A stretch of 62,065 nucleotides of DNA, counting the filler, from Choristocarpus tenellus KU-1152 (Eukaryota; Protista; Phaeophyceae): assembly GCA_964200185.2 (NCBI GenBank). It is 12 parts of 12 records of this genome, joined end to end, with 100 filler letters (N's around TTAATTAATTAA, not from the genome) between each part and the next. Parts side by side here need not be neighbours in the genome. Positions count along the whole stretch, not along the records: positions 35,591 to 39,920 come from CAXNAD020015089.1; positions 40,021 to 45,376 come from CAXNAD020011053.1; positions 45,477 to 49,568 come from CAXNAD020016267.1; positions 49,669 to 55,874 come from CAXNAD020008683.1; 8 more parts are not named here. One strand, written 5' to 3'. The position numbers and the translations under genes are program-made. The notes beneath the pieces were generated by a model. It worked only from the letters and a program-made list of their open reading frames with translations. It did not search any database and was not told the origin of the DNA. This document shows positions 39,301-53,196 of this stretch, piece after piece. How positions within the stretch are numbered: the stretch's first letter is position 1; each line of letters opens with the position of its first letter.

Positions 39301-39859
39301 CAAACATGTGTTGGACATTCTCCCTGTTCATTCTCAGCGAGCTCTGGCCGTGAAGTAGAGAGTTGTTGCCCATTGATTGCTGTGGTTGAACCTTGTACTC
39401 CAACCTGTGTGTGTATTTAACAAAGTTTGCCGTCAAATCCCCTTGCCTTTCCTTGCAGTTCATTTTCCACTCCGTATCTCCCATCTTCTGTACCTCTCCA
39501 GCTTCCCTTGCTTGCTCCCTTTGTTTTGTGTCCCTCCACTGCTACCTCACGATACTGAGATAACCTGAACGCTTACGTCTGTTTGTGTCTGTGTCGGTGT
39601 GTCCTGTTGTGATGCATTCAGATTTGGAGATACGATGAATGCCAACACAGAGCGCAGAGGCATGTACAGGTCTCCTTCGCCATCGGCGGGCGTTTTCATC
39701 CCTTCGCCTGCTGTGTACGGTTCAACAGGGAGGGCTATTGGAAGTGCTGGTAGAAGGTGCATGGTTACTGTGGATGAGGACAGGTCCTCTGCAGTAGCTC
39801 GTCGTACTCGATCCCGATTGTCGAAATCATCAAGAGGCAACGTGCTACAGATGCGATAA
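36347..39859 (+). CDS. 3' exons of an unknown protein: coiled-coil segment then S/R/P-rich tail
   Basis: Five phase-consistent GT-AG exons: 36347-36459, 37313-37454, 37800-37906, 38509-38574, 39622-39859 (ends ...AVARRTRSRLSKSSRGNVLQMR*). Confidence 0.75.
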
Positions 39860-39920
39860 ATAATATTTTAAAGTGTAGGTGATGTCATATGCTGGCATAT
39901 TGAAGTGAATGATGGGGGGG

Positions 39921-40020
39921 NNNNNNNNNNNNNNNNNNNNNNNNNNNNNNNNNNNNNNNNNNNNTTAATTAATTAANNNNNNNNNNNNNNNNNNNNNNNN
40001 NNNNNNNNNNNNNNNNNNNN
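39921..40020. other. Artificial contig linker
   Basis: N44-TTAATTAATTAA-N44. Confidence 0.99.
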
Positions 40021-40257
40021 GGTACGAGTTTTGCCCCATTTGTCCATTTGGGGCTTGGCTTCCCATGTTTTTTTTAATGACATTTTCCTACTCCAAAATG
40101 TTTCGGAGGAGGTAAAATGCATACGTTATGAAAGGGTGTGTCTGGAAAAAGGATATTGACACTTAACAAAACTGATGGCCAAAATTACATCAAAACCGTA
40201 ACATTGGAATTTGGTCCCCAATTGGACGTGGCTCTACCCTCTAAGATAATTTGACTC
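40021..40257 (+). mobile_element. MITE family A, left TIR cut by contig start
   Basis: Colinear with 19136-19394; ends ctaagataatttgactc followed by AAAA. Confidence 0.88.
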
Positions 40258-41798
40258 AAAAGCCACTATATGAGAGACAGTATATGAGAGGTACCAAGTT
40301 TTTTTTTTGTGTTTTGCGTTTCAAGCCTGTTCTATAATCTTTTTCGATTAATACATATCTCAATGAACGAAGTCCTAAGTTTGACTTTAAGAGCGTTTAA
40401 CTCTCTGTTGTTTGAGACTCTTCCAACACAACCCAGAACTTCTCCTACACACATTTGAAAACAAATGCCAAACTTTGTGCACAATTGTCAGCACCCTTAA
40501 AGATGCAACTCTGGGTGCCCCTCGTCTTCTTTTGACTCTTGATTGATACATGAAACTGAACCATTACCCACATCTCTACATAATTTCGATTAGACCTAAA
40601 ACTTTTCATAGGAGTGAAGAACCTCATGCAGACAGCACAACTAACGGCAATAAAAAAGGTATATATATGTAATTTTCACCGGAGATACAATGATCGTGAC
40701 CATATCAACAACAACCACAACAGTAGCAGAAAAAAAAATGTTCTATGGGTGGGAAATGTGGCACGAAGTCCAGAAGAGTCAATCGATATCAGGCTTTCGT
40801 TATTCAACTTCCGTGTCCTTGTTAGCCCTGGTCCTGACTTGCAGTAGCCTCCTGATATATTTTGTGCCTGTTAATAATGTTCAGGAAACCGGTTTTTTGT
40901 TTTGTTTGTTAAGGCTGGTATTAAGAGGTGTTATATGAATAGATGCTGTATTTTTTTTTTTTTTCGTAGTAGAGAGCATTGAAAACACTTGAGCCACCGC
41001 CTGGAGTGCTTTAGTCGCTTCGGAGGTATAGTGTCTTTTTAGAGGTACGAGGGAAAGCGCAATACCTTTTTTTGGTGTGAGGGAAGGTTTGATGATATCT
41101 TTTTTGAGGTAGGAGGCATGTGATGTTGACATGTGACACCATATGCCGCTGCAGTTGAAAATACTGATCCTAGCAGGTAGGAAAGGGCACCGACATAAAG
41201 TCAGAGCACATTGAACTCACGCAAGTTATCAGTTGAATTTATTGAAATCAGTGTGATGAGAAAAAGAAAAAAAAAGAAGTAATAATAATAAGTGCCAGGA
41301 GATATTTTGGCTTGTTGTCTTCAGTGCGAGATTGTACACATTGTCGTGTGTGTTATTGTCAGAAGCATAGAACCCAAACTAAACTTAGAAAAAATGATAT
41401 ATATATATATATGTTGATTTTATATGGTTGAATGCAAAACATTACTGCACTCTCTGTGCCTCCCAGTTGCTGTTGGTTGCCAGCTGCAGGTGGTGATGCC
41501 CATATTGCTCGACAGAAGTCTCTGTGTAGTGACAATTGGATTTCTGTGCGGCTATCAGTTGTCCCTCATTTGAAAGAGAAATGTTGCGCACTCTATCACG
41601 CTCATATACACTGGTTGCAACAGGTGTTGAGAAAATAGGAATGCATCCTTCTTTGTCAGGATGATCCAGATCATGACCCAGACTGTGAGTTTCCAATACA
41701 TTTCTGTGAGAATATATGCACACAACTCCTATGCATGCCCTTAAAGCACACAACTCCTACCCCTCAAATAAAAACTAATGCTACTGCGGTGACGATAG

Positions 41799-41928
41799 GA
41801 AGGACCTCCTTATGAGGGTTCTCCGCAAGATGAAGGCGGTATATGGAGCAATCTACGATTTCCACCCGGATGGTTACTTACTCCCAACTGAGTACACAAA
41901 ATTCATCCAGGAATACATGCAGACGCAG
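41799..41928 (+). CDS. Internal exon of a tubulin-tyrosine-ligase-like (TTLL2-like) polyglutamylase
   Basis: AG/GT-bounded exon (R)KDLLMRVLRKMKAVYGAIYDFHPDGYLLPTEYTKFIQEY, matching the TTLL RKDxL...Y.F.P..F.LP.EY..F segment. Confidence 0.8.
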
Positions 41929-42858
41929 GTGCAACAGTTTGCCTCTACAACACAGGTCGAGTTTTTCTCTGCGTCCGTTTCACATATTGACTATTTCATG
42001 AATACTCTTCTTGCTTCCTACTTGAGGCCACCATACCCTCCGGAAATAAATGTGAAGCTCAAGAAAATGATGCGGTTGTGGGGATTTCCTACGTGGAAGC
42101 AGCTATTGCACCCTTGTTATGAGTGGTGTCTGCTGCTCAGGACGAATTGGCTGTGATTACCGATGTCGGAGTTGCTTATTACCCTCGCTGCATTTTTTTT
42201 CGGAATTGGACGGACTAGAAAGATGCTCTTGGGCAAAGGTTAGGGTTAGGGCTAGGTTTGGATTTGGGTTTAGGGGTAGAGTTAGGGTTAGGTAATTTCC
42301 TAGTCCGTCTGTTTAAAAAAAAATCTGCAGCGAGGGTTATAAGCCTCTCCGATACCAGTAGTCGTAGTTGCCCCTTTCGTCAGCATCAATCCTACCCACG
42401 AATCAGTTATAGCATTAGTATTGGGTGGGTCATGCCAACGTTTAATAGTTAGAAATAGCTCTGAGGAGAGGAGGAAATTTTCCAGAAAAAAGAGAAAAAA
42501 CGGTTCAACCGTTGAAGATGCATATGTGTTACACTCAGCTGCCATTAGATTGGCGGACTTAACCTACATACTTACCCCCTCAACCCTAACGCTAATGTTC
42601 CTTGTACTTATCCCGTTGTCCTCACAGTCAAGTGTGCACACACTTATTCAAATGATGAATGCATCCACAATTAACTCAAACATGGATGTCTATATGCTAC
42701 TTCTCTTTCTCAAGAGGAGTGAATTTCCCCTGGTACCTGCCTTGTGTTCTGTCTCCCTCCTGAGTTGGTTTACTGATTGTTGGAGTTCATCTGAAATTGT
42801 CCCCCTCTCCTGAATAGCCCTCTCCACCTCATTTTGTTCTCATGAGTATGGGCTGGGT

Positions 42859-43394
42859 GGCCCATACTATCTTATAGGGGGGAAGGTGTTTAGTCCAGGT
42901 GGTCCATTCGGGGCTTGATAGGATGTTGTGAAATACCCCAGCTCGATACCCATTTTGCGGGTGATTTTCTTTTTGATTTAGTTCTGGAATGGAAATGGAA
43001 AAGAGCGAAAGTGTCTTAGAGGGTAGGAGTTTTGCCCTGTTTGTCCATTTGGGGCTTGTCTTCCCACGGTTTTTCTTATGTCATTTTCCCACTCCAAAAT
43101 GTTTTGGAGTAGGTAAAATGTATACACTATGAACGGTGTGTCTAGAACAAGGATATTGACACTCCCTAACAAACACGATAGCCAAAATTACATCAAAATT
43201 GTAACATTGGATTTTGGCCTTTAATCGGACGCGACTCTACCCTCTGAGATACTTTGACTCAAAAGGAAGATATATTAAGATGAAGGTAATTACCCTTATA
43301 CCTAACGCTTTCACGCAGATGGCATGAAAATCACAACAGGTTCACACAGGCCTCAAATGAGCACCTGACTCCCCCTCTAGGATATTATTGGGTT
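42859..43394 (+). mobile_element. MITE family C copy hosting a nested family A MITE
   Basis: ggcccatactatcttatagggggg...ccccctctaggatattattggg; outer halves align to 23430-23690. Confidence 0.7.
43003..43260 (+). mobile_element. MITE family A, complete (258 bp), nested
   Basis: gagcgaaagtgtcttagagggta / taccctctgagatactttgactc; AAAA on both sides. Confidence 0.92.
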
Positions 43395-45326
43395 TGGGGG
43401 GTTAGGGCTGGTATAGATAGGTTTAGGTTACCCAGTAGTCCAAGCATAGGATTATGGCAGAGGCCAGGTGTATAATTCGGTAAGAATGGGAATGCTGGCA
43501 TGCACACATATACGTTTTGTGCACAACATTGTACTCATATTAGTTCCCCTATCATGAAATAGACTATTGGGTTAGTTGTCCACTCATCCCCACAAAGTTC
43601 CTCTACTGCCGTGTAACCACCCCCCTGATCTGACTGTCCATTTTGAACTCCATCTTCCACCTCAAGTTGTGGGTGGTCATTGTCAATCCCGTGGGAACTA
43701 TGGAAACTCCAAAACCTTGCACCATCCCTTGCCTGATTGTCAGACTCAATCCTGTCTTAACCTCACCTCTTCACCTCCCATTAAATCCAACTTTAAGAAA
43801 CCTATTAAACCTAGATCTTTGCTGCCAAAATATGATGAAAATTACCCACACCCATGGACCTGATTCTTTTTTGAACTGATGCTTAGTCGAACTGTCCACC
43901 TCCTGGTGTTAATCGGCCACGGCATTGTGAGGGACGCAAAGGAAACCATCATTCTACATGCAATAAGAGCAGCAGAGTAAGAGCAGGTAGGACGCCCAGG
44001 GACCAAGGAGTTTGTCCAAGGTACGGAAGACATGTGCGGGAATAATACCAAGGCATAAAGGGGCGGGAGGGCTGGAAAGGGGTCAGAATTAGGGTTGGGT
44101 TGATGGCTGCAAAGTTAGGGAGATGTTGCAGAATATATATATTTTGGAACACAAAGACCTGTCATCTATCTCCTAAGTGCTCCTTTACAGAGAGGAGTAC
44201 AGGAGCTACTGCTTGGGCACCTTCTGGCCTAATCCCCTTACTATTCGGATACATACCATTGAGCAAGATAGACCTTGGTCCGGTAAACACCTGTGAGTTG
44301 CTGGAGGAACTTTCAGAACTTTCCTATGGACCAACAGCAAACACTTGTAATGCCCAAGTGCATAGTGTGTCTAGCTGCTAGGGAATGGTGTACAAAACCT
44401 CCCCTATGACATTGGTATCTGTGACTGACTGACTATTTTAATGATTAGTAATTGAGTGTACGGATGTGTGAACCACAAGAAAAGTTCTGAAATATAACTC
44501 TGCGATAATCATTTCAAGATTCCGCAGGGATCCATTTACAATGAAGGGTAGGAATACCAACATTCTTTAATACTTCGAAGTAAATCGATATCGAGTCAAG
44601 TCAAGTGTAGAATGCTCAGTATGGTCAAGGATTAGAGGGCATGATGCTAAAAGAAGCGTCATATCAACAGAAGGATCAGATAGGCCTGTCGAATCAATAG
44701 GATAGGATACATTGTTCATGCAACCTCTCCAACCCCATCCTCATCAACCTTGGCACTGCACAACCTTTTGAGGGTGGAGTATGATGGTTGATACACCTCA
44801 CCTTCCTCTCCCTCAAGTTAGTGAATAGATTGATTTTTGTGTTTAGCTAAACACTCTAGAAGATTTTCACATTGAGTGGTGATATCCCAGTATTCGAGAA
44901 CTTCCATTGCTATGTAATAAAGGTTCACCCCTCCCTTAGCCTTGTCAGCGTATGCATTCACTTGGGTGAAATTAGGGGCCAAGGGCGAGGAAGGGGCATA
45001 CCTCAAATAAAGACCTGGCTGCCCTTCCCCCCATGGATTTAAGGACCTACAATTCTCCCCCATTGATTACTGATATTCTTTAAGGTTCATTTTAGATACC
45101 ATGATTTTCCTAGCTAACCCCCAATCCTACCGTCCTGTAAAACTCTCCCCTCAATCCATTCTAGGAAATCAATCGTCACAGATCCCTACAATATCCCACA
45201 TCAATGCCTACCACTTCAGGTGTTTGTCAATCCAACTGTTGGCAGTACATTATACACCTCTGTCAGGGTCCTTGTGTTTGGTAAACTCCTTTCCGTGGAT
45301 AGCAAGCCCTCACCACCTCCCCCGCC

Positions 45327-45362
<36 letters not shown>

Positions 45363-45376
45363 ACCCCCCCCCCCCC

Positions 45377-45476
45377 NNNNNNNNNNNNNNNNNNNNNNNN
45401 NNNNNNNNNNNNNNNNNNNNTTAATTAATTAANNNNNNNNNNNNNNNNNNNNNNNNNNNNNNNNNNNNNNNNNNNN
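45377..45476. other. Artificial contig linker
   Basis: N44-TTAATTAATTAA-N44. Confidence 0.99.
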
Positions 45477-45504
45477 CCTCCCCCCCCCCCAGATTCTTTG
45501 ACCC
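45477..45504. mobile_element. MITE family B terminus at contig start
   Basis: polyC-agattctttgaccc. Confidence 0.55.
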
Positions 45505-45619
45505 TACCACCAATCTTTCTCCAATCCACCCCTATATGCCAGTTCCCAAGCCATTCAACCGTACGCCAAGGACCTCAAGCACTTAAATTTTGAGCATTTA
45601 TATCTTGAGCTCGAGTGGT

Positions 45620-46720
45620 ACAACTACTGCTTGGTTGTAAAGGTCGTGGCTATACTTCTTGTAGCACTGCTATCTGTGCTAGATCCGCTGTTGGAATTTG
45701 ATTGGAACATTAGCATCATCGCTGTCGGTCTGCTTGTATCGCTGGCCACAGCCTCAATCTTCATTGTGTCTTCAGCCACATGTAGGACCTGCAGGAGCCA
45801 GGGTCTCTGCCTTCTTCTCAAAAGCAGTCAGTGCAAAAGTCTCATGCATCGTCATGATTGCCATCATCTTGGCTAAACTTTAAACTTCCTTGTGACCTTG
45901 GTACAATAGTCTCCACATCCGTGGCATAGTACATGCCATAGAGTTATAGTAGAGACATTCCCCTGTGCCCTGCCCTCTCCCAGTTGATCTAGCTCTTCTT
46001 CTCAGCTCTCTTAGCAATGGCAACGAGGTTATCAAGGACACTCAGATCTGTGGTTAGTCTCTTGACTATTGGTGCACCCCGGTAGTGAAGGTGATGGAGA
46101 CGTTAGATAGCAATTGGGCAAAGACACACCCTTGGTGAAGAACCTGATCCATGTAGCACCACCCTGAGCGCTCACCGTGATTTGTTCGCACATATGCATG
46201 AATTTGGTTGCTAAGTTAGTAGGAGACTGAGATCTTCTTGGTTGGTGTACCAATCCTGGCAAGTGCAGTCAAAAGAGTCATCCGCCTTCAGCAGGTCAAT
46301 AAAGCACATGGATAGAGGGACCTTCTACTCTTGACCACTCTCCTGTAATGCAAGCACCACAGATACTATCATGAAAGCCTTTGAACATCAAGGCTGGAAT
46401 CCACATTTCTCGCCAGTAAGTAGTCTCTCTTGTTGAAACTAATATCTGAGCCGTTGTGTGACACTTTTGAGAAGCCTTTTATTGGCATGCGTTGCCAGCG
46501 AAATACCCTCAATTAGCATACTCTGTTTGATCCTTCTTGTCAAGGTCTTTGATAAACACGTTCTTCCACCCCTGAAGCACTTCCAGTTGTCACATATCAA
46601 AGATGATCTGCAGGAACCCTTTGAGAATGGTGACATCATCGAGTAGGCCGACCTTCAGAAGCTCTGTTCGGAGGTATATGGTCCCATCACTTTTCGTTTG
46701 CCATTACACCTAGAGTGTCC
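45620..46720 (-). mobile_element. Degenerate LINE (RTE-like) reverse transcriptase
   Basis: ELLKVGL, KKDQTEYAN..GISLATHANKRLLK, EKCGFQP, PLSMCFIDLLKA, GMYYA (degenerate YADD), FALTAFEKKAET; frameshifted. Confidence 0.8.
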
Positions 46721-47069
46721 ACCAAGTAGAACTCCACTGGTTCAGCAATGAGTGATATACACGGGAGCAACTGTTCAAGGTGTGGATTATGGTGGGATGG
46801 AGGTTACTCCACATGTCGTTCAGTATGTACGAGAAGTGCCACACCTCCGTTCGTGAATGGGTCCCTGCTCTCTCAGCAGTCTGCCCGTCTTGTCTCAAAT
46901 GTCTCGAGAAACATCTGCCTCTTCCCTCCCACTCTAACCTTGTAAAGTGTTAGTATCAAGTAATCTCCTCACACCTCTCTGTCCTGTCCTGTTCACCTTT
47001 CTTCGGTTTGTCTGTGTGTTTGTGTCCCTCATTTGCTTGTTTTGTTCTGTATTTATTTTATTGTGACAG

Positions 47070-47202
47070 GTAACCACTGCAGAAGTTTTCATCCGTGTTG
47101 ATCCAGGCCTGCGTGTACGAGAAGTGACCAACATAGCGCGCAGAGCCAAACGTGCTCTATCGTCCAGCATTAACGACCTGTGCTCGGCTGATGTCCACCT
47201 TG
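47070..47202 (+). CDS. Internal exon encoding a cation-efflux (CDF) C-terminal dimerisation-like domain
   Basis: AG/GT-bounded exon VTTAEVFIRVDPGLRVREVTNIARRAKRALSSSINDLCSADVHL, fitting the ZT_dimer pattern. Confidence 0.65.
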
Positions 47203-49482
47203 GTGAGTATACAGATATGCCTATGCTTCTAGTATGCCCGTGCCACTGTTTTTTTGTGACCTCTATCATCCCCCCACCCTCCCATTCCAGTATCAATGTT
47301 TCTAGACATGAATGCACTCCTAACACTTCTCTGACCATTCTCAGTATGGAGAGGTACTGACAACAGGGACCTGAAATTAGTGAAATATTATGAACAAGAA
47401 GAGGTGTATCTGTGCGTAGAACTTGGAGATTTTGAACCCATGTAATGATAAGTGATGGCAATATTGATGAAATTTCAAACTATTTTTTGCACATGGAAGT
47501 ACCGTGACTAAGAACCAACCTCCTTGCACATCCATTTAATCAGGGCAAATATTAGTAGGGTTTCAATACTTGATGTTTAGAAACACATACTTCTATGTTG
47601 CCTAACAATACAGATGCTTAAAGCATTCTCAAGTCGGATGCTTTGAGCTATGTTGGCATGGCATTGGAGACTATTTTCTTTTGTGTCAATGTTTCCGTTT
47701 AATGCCTTGCCAATTTTATAGTGCACATCTTTCTGGGGGGTCCTAATCTGATGGTCTTGGAGGAGCTGTGGATGGGGTGTGTTTTTAATGATTGAGAGCT
47801 TCAAAATACTCCAGAGCTAACAAATATTGGACGGAATGGTGGTGCATGAGTGACCCCTTGAGTTGATTGTGGTGGGTGTGATGCCATTATTTGCTCGTTT
47901 CTGTTTGTTATATTTTGCCTTGGATTTTGATACATCATTTTCCCCATCCTTGTTGTAACCCTTCTTTCGCTTGTCCTCACACAGTCATGAGTGGGCTGTT
48001 TACTGTATGTGCCACCAGCAGAATGTACTATTGCCATATTGCAGCCATTGTGTCATTCCTTCATTTTGCTGACCCCTGCCTCCTGCCCTCCCGCTACTGA
48101 CCTTGGTCATGCTGTGGTTGTTCGTTCCCTGCCCCCATGATCTTCTACCCTATGTTTTCCATGTCTGACAGACCTGGTTGAGCTGTACAGCTAAGTGGAT
48201 GGTACCTCTAATGCTGCAGTTGGAATGCCCTCAAATTTCTGCCTGATCATTGGGTGCAACTCCCACTTCATGCCCTCTCTCATCCCCATACCTCTCTTTT
48301 TCAATTGTCATCTGTCAAGGGTGTCATGTTTTCATTTTTTCCAACATGTGCGTGGTATGGTCCTTTGCTTGTAGATAAAGAGCTTCCTCGTGTTAATCGT
48401 TGAAAACAGGGACTAGAAATGCAAAGAGGGCAAAGGGAGTAGACCCAAGTGCAAGAAAGTCTGGATAGAGAGGGTGGTTCCATGGGGGAGAGGAATGTGC
48501 ACTTGCACCGTACACGTAATGTGTTCTTTTTGCGGAGTCTGGAATGGTACTCTTTCTTCATTTATGCCTGTCTAGTTGCAAATGCCTGTAGAATGAGTAG
48601 TTCAGGGAGAGACCGCCTGGCGAAGGTTGTGAGTTGAGCGGACATCCATGGGTAACAGGTTGATATTATACTGTTGCTATAGCTCCAGCATCATCATGAG
48701 ATTATAGTGTCTAAAAAGTATGTCTTGTATGCCCTTTTGTGTTGGATTCAAGGTTTCCCCGACTCTTGGCATTGTTGTTCTTGAAAGCAGCGCATATACC
48801 TCCACCTTGTGCACAAAGGGGGGGTGCACATGTAAGGTGAATGTTCACATTGGCAGAGGTGATACATGGTCTATCCGTAAGCATTTCTTGTGTGTGGCAG
48901 TCACACTAGTTTTGCACTTGTTTGATTTTAAGTTGGACTTTATCCCTCAAGGCAAGAATTTAATACTATAATGTAAGTTGTGGGACTTTGTCTATTATTA
49001 GCAGTATGCGACTTAGGAGGGGTTGTCAAGTCAATTTTTGGGCTATCTATGGTGGAGATACATAGTAACGATAGTAGCCTATGGGTTTCATGGATGTGTG
49101 TTGCTTCCCCCCCCTCCTCATTAGTTCTCCATTTAATGAGAGAGGAAAGGAGTAGAAATGAAATACAATGATAGTGGGTGCTTCTTTGATGTAGCTGGGG
49201 ACATTACGGGCTTGTTAACCAGTAAGTAGTAGCCTAGAATGTTTTGTGTTCTGTTGTTGATCTGCAACAAGAATAACCACTCCTTTGCTTTCGACCCGTC
49301 TGTGTCTGCCTGTGAGGACATGCAGGGTTGTTTCTGTAGGAACCACTACAAATATAACAAGAGGTGATGCTAGAAAATTTTATGGAATCGTAAGTCATCC
49401 TTAGTGAGTAACATCTTGTACTTCGCCTACCTGACTCGAGAACATTTTAAGTATCCAAGGGACACTCATTACGTGCAACACT

Positions 49483-49568
49483 GACCGAAAGTATCTGGGA
49501 GGGGGGGGGGGGGTCTACACTAGGGCGTCCATATGGACCCAAATAAAGGAAAGGCCCTTCTCAGTACC
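49483..49568. mobile_element. MITE family B-like left fragment at contig end
   Basis: gaccgaaagtatctggga-polyG-tctacactagggcgtccat. Confidence 0.65.
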
Positions 49569-49668
49569 NNNNNNNNNNNNNNNNNNNNNNNNNNNNNNNN
49601 NNNNNNNNNNNNTTAATTAATTAANNNNNNNNNNNNNNNNNNNNNNNNNNNNNNNNNNNNNNNNNNNN
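49569..49668. other. Artificial contig linker
   Basis: N44-TTAATTAATTAA-N44. Confidence 0.99.
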
Positions 49669-49727
49669 ATGTATGTATGTATATGTGTATTTATGTATGT
49701 ATGTATATATGTATCTTTGTATGTATG
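49669..49727. repeat. Degenerate (TATG)n microsatellite
   Basis: atgtatgtatgtatatgtgtatttatgtatgt... Confidence 0.85.
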
Positions 49728-52700
49728 AATTTCAGAACATTTCAGACACTGACACTAGGTTGATCAGAACGAGTTCACCTATGCTTCATTACACTATGAC
49801 ACCCTTCACCACAACCAACCTGTCACTGCACAAGATAACACAATTATTACAATCTCGTGTTTCAACAGCTTTTCTCCCCCATACACTGGATGCATAACTG
49901 ACCCTGCGAACATGAGGATCCATTTTGGCAGTTGCCTAAGTACTATCGCACCAAGTCCTCACAAGGGCAATCTTTGTAGATCGGTGTACGATTGATATGT
50001 TCCTCATTTCACCTTCATGTCACACAATCATAGAGCGCAATGGATGTACACTTATAGTGTCCAATCTGTCACAATACCACAAAATAGGCAGGAAACTCAA
50101 AAATATGTGGTAAGGGTTGATCGCTGAGCGATGCCAAGGCAGATCCAGCACAAGATTTGAGGGAGGAAATGGAGTAACTAACAGTATGATGACTTAACCC
50201 CGCCGGAGAGAACCAGATCTGGGCTTTAGGTCAGAGGTATAAGCACACTGACAGGTGTGTTCATCATGGAGGAACCATAACTGGTGAAACTGATACCACC
50301 ACCAAGATCAACCGACATGTCCACAAAGCTTGGAGCTGTTTCTAGAAGCATATCCAGGTGATTTATGACCTAACCACAGTTTTATAGCTTGAGCCTCAGA
50401 TTCGAATACTCAAGGCTGAAGTAGGTCCAGATAAGCGGTTGTGTAACATGGACACTTCACCAAGTCCACCATTTTGCATCTCTCTCATTACCACATATTC
50501 CTCTTCTACTGCACCAGATTTCGCAAAGAGGAACACACCAAACGCACACTGTTCTACAAAGAAAGATGCTCCATGGGAAGGCCAGGTGCGACAGTATCAA
50601 GTCGACTACTATGAGAAAACGGAGGCTCCTGTTTCAGGGTCAGTTACACGTATGGGGATGTGCAACTCCCATAGGTAGTAGTGTTTGGGGTACTTGGAGA
50701 TGGAAAGTGGTGAAATAGCGAATGAAGGAACTGGTAGATGTGGCAAGATGAACTTGAGATGGGGATCATAGGTGTCATATGGAATACAACGACAACAAAC
50801 TGACTCAGTGGAATGGGTGTGTTGATGAGACAAAGAGCTTCATGGAGATAATCATTTGGACTATAATTTGAGATTTTCCTGAAAAGATATGTGATACCGA
50901 CACTTTGTTGCTACGGAACTAGATACTACAGAGTAGTATGGAGTGAGGTGGTGAGGAAAGTTGAAATAATATCCTGGGCACTATTGTTTGGAATTGTTGT
51001 TCGAAATCATGTGGGAACACTACATTATGGGACATGTCATGAAAGCACCCCATTGCTTGAGCTGTATGTACATTGATCGGTTTGAGTTATGGCTTCATGG
51101 TGCTGAACATTTAATGTAAGTATTGCTTCATATAATTGTGTACCCCCACCCCTTAAGGTCAATATATTGCATCCTTGTTCTCCAAGCTTCTGCCCCTTGG
51201 GGTTCCTTAACTCATTCAAATAGAGTGGGCTGGGACAATTGCACAATCTTTCAATCATATCTCAGGTTCTTACCACCTTCCTCAAGTCACAGCGGCGTGT
51301 CATAAGCTAGACTCTACAATTCCATCCATTGATTCATGAGGCTATCTGTGGTCATGTACCCAACGTGTGACCAACTACAGAGGACAATCTATGAGCATTT
51401 ATGACGACCCAACTAGCAAAAGGTAAGATGGACTCCCAGAAGCATGTAGAACGATAGATAGTCACAATGACGGCAAGCTGGAAGTGCTTCTGACCATATG
51501 AAGCAGGGTTACCCAAACCAGTGCCCAGCATATTGTTGATCAGAAGGAGAGTAGTCCAGATATATTTCTCATGAGAGAACATAATGAAGTGTCACAGGAA
51601 CCTCTAACCCCAAAAGATTTTGTCTCTTGACTTGGAAAAAGTGTCCTCATCATGCTCAAAGAAGCACATTTGGTTTTAACCCCCACTCACATTCCAACTT
51701 AGATGTACAGCTACGCAGATATATTGTCATCTTATGTGGTGGACTCACATACGGTCCACGTAACATGGACTCTTTGCTGTTGGAGCATTACTAGTGCCAC
51801 TTAAATGTGAGCGCATCTGATACTCCAGGATTAGAAATATTTGAGATATACACAACATAAATCTCAGTTAAAGAAACACCAGCAGTATAAATAGGGTCTT
51901 GGTTTAGTTGGAGGTACAGTGTAACTGTGCAAGACTGCCAACAGTTTATGTAGAAGTAATTACTGATAGTGTCAATGGTAATTCATCTTATCCTACTGCT
52001 TTACTGTCTGACAATTTCTTGATTGGAGGAAACCTGGAACTTCACAGATTAGTCAGGGGTCCACCTAAAGAAGGGCTTGCACTTAAAAGGATAGAAACAA
52101 CCAAACTTGAAAAAAAAACAAAGGATACATATGAATAAAATGTACATATCGCTTGCCGCCAAGATGCGAAAGATGACAACATAAGAGATGCTCGTAAGAT
52201 AGGACAAACAAAACACAACCAAACAGCAAGCCTCACCGCAGGGCTGGTGGTGAGTGTCAAGTGTATATCCTTAAACATCAGCAGTACTATTTTCTTGTGA
52301 CAAGATCCTTTGTCTATGTGCTCAAATTCAGTAGAAGATAGCAGAAAATAGGGAATGGCATTCTGAATAAAGCAGTAGACACCAGTGGCACAGACAATAA
52401 TTGAGAGGAGCGATATGTTGGAGGCTAGAAAGGCATTAGGATATCAAACCCAGGGACCTTAAACCACCTCAGCCGACAAAGTTTCTCCACATTCTTATCA
52501 CAATTGGCGTTGAGCGAACTCTGTTCTGTGCAGCACATTTTTTTTCAGTGAGCTTCTGCCTGATTTGGAAATTTCCTATTTCCACTGACTGAAAAACTGA
52601 TCGTACATAGGGTGGCATCACATTACCATATTGAACACCAATGGTGCAAGGAATTCGACACATACCATCGTTTTTTCATCTTACATAGTCATGCTGAGGC

Positions 52701-53196
52701 ACACACTAGACTGCAACCCTGTCCCCAACACTGGTTAAGTGTTCTCTTCATAAATGGGTGGAAGTACCATCAAACTTAAGTCAATTTAAGCAGGAACGGT
52801 GTGTCATGAAAATCTGTCAAAGGGAGAACACACCAAACACTACGTGGTACCAAAGAGATTGCAATGGAAGTAGATTCTCCAGTCTAATAAATCTCATGCC
52901 CCTTGTTAGGCTTGTACCACTCCTACGTTCCAATACGCCCCCTATAAAATTTGATTGGAGCAGCTGAGGCATTCTGCATGTTAAGTGAATTTGCCGTTCG
53001 ACCAGGTCAATATAGGCGCCTTCAATACATTTTCAAAGGAAGTGGGTACACATGCTGGCATCAAATTCTTTACGCCAACCCTTGCTATTGACCACTCTAT
53101 CCTACCGTGGTAGGTTCCCGCCTCCCCCTCTCTTCCTCCCCGATACACACGTGTATCCGCGTACCGCATGAACTTAGCAACAACCCATCTTCTTCC

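Noticed and set aside
22511-45376. Long poly-C/poly-G runs giving poly-Pro/Gly ORFs (for example 22511, 24241, 35642, 45329)
   Set aside because: Homopolymers, mostly at contig edges; low complexity or sequencing artefact
51000-51600. Possible gypsy RT relic (minus; GLGNPAS)
   Set aside because: Single weak motif and no YxDD found
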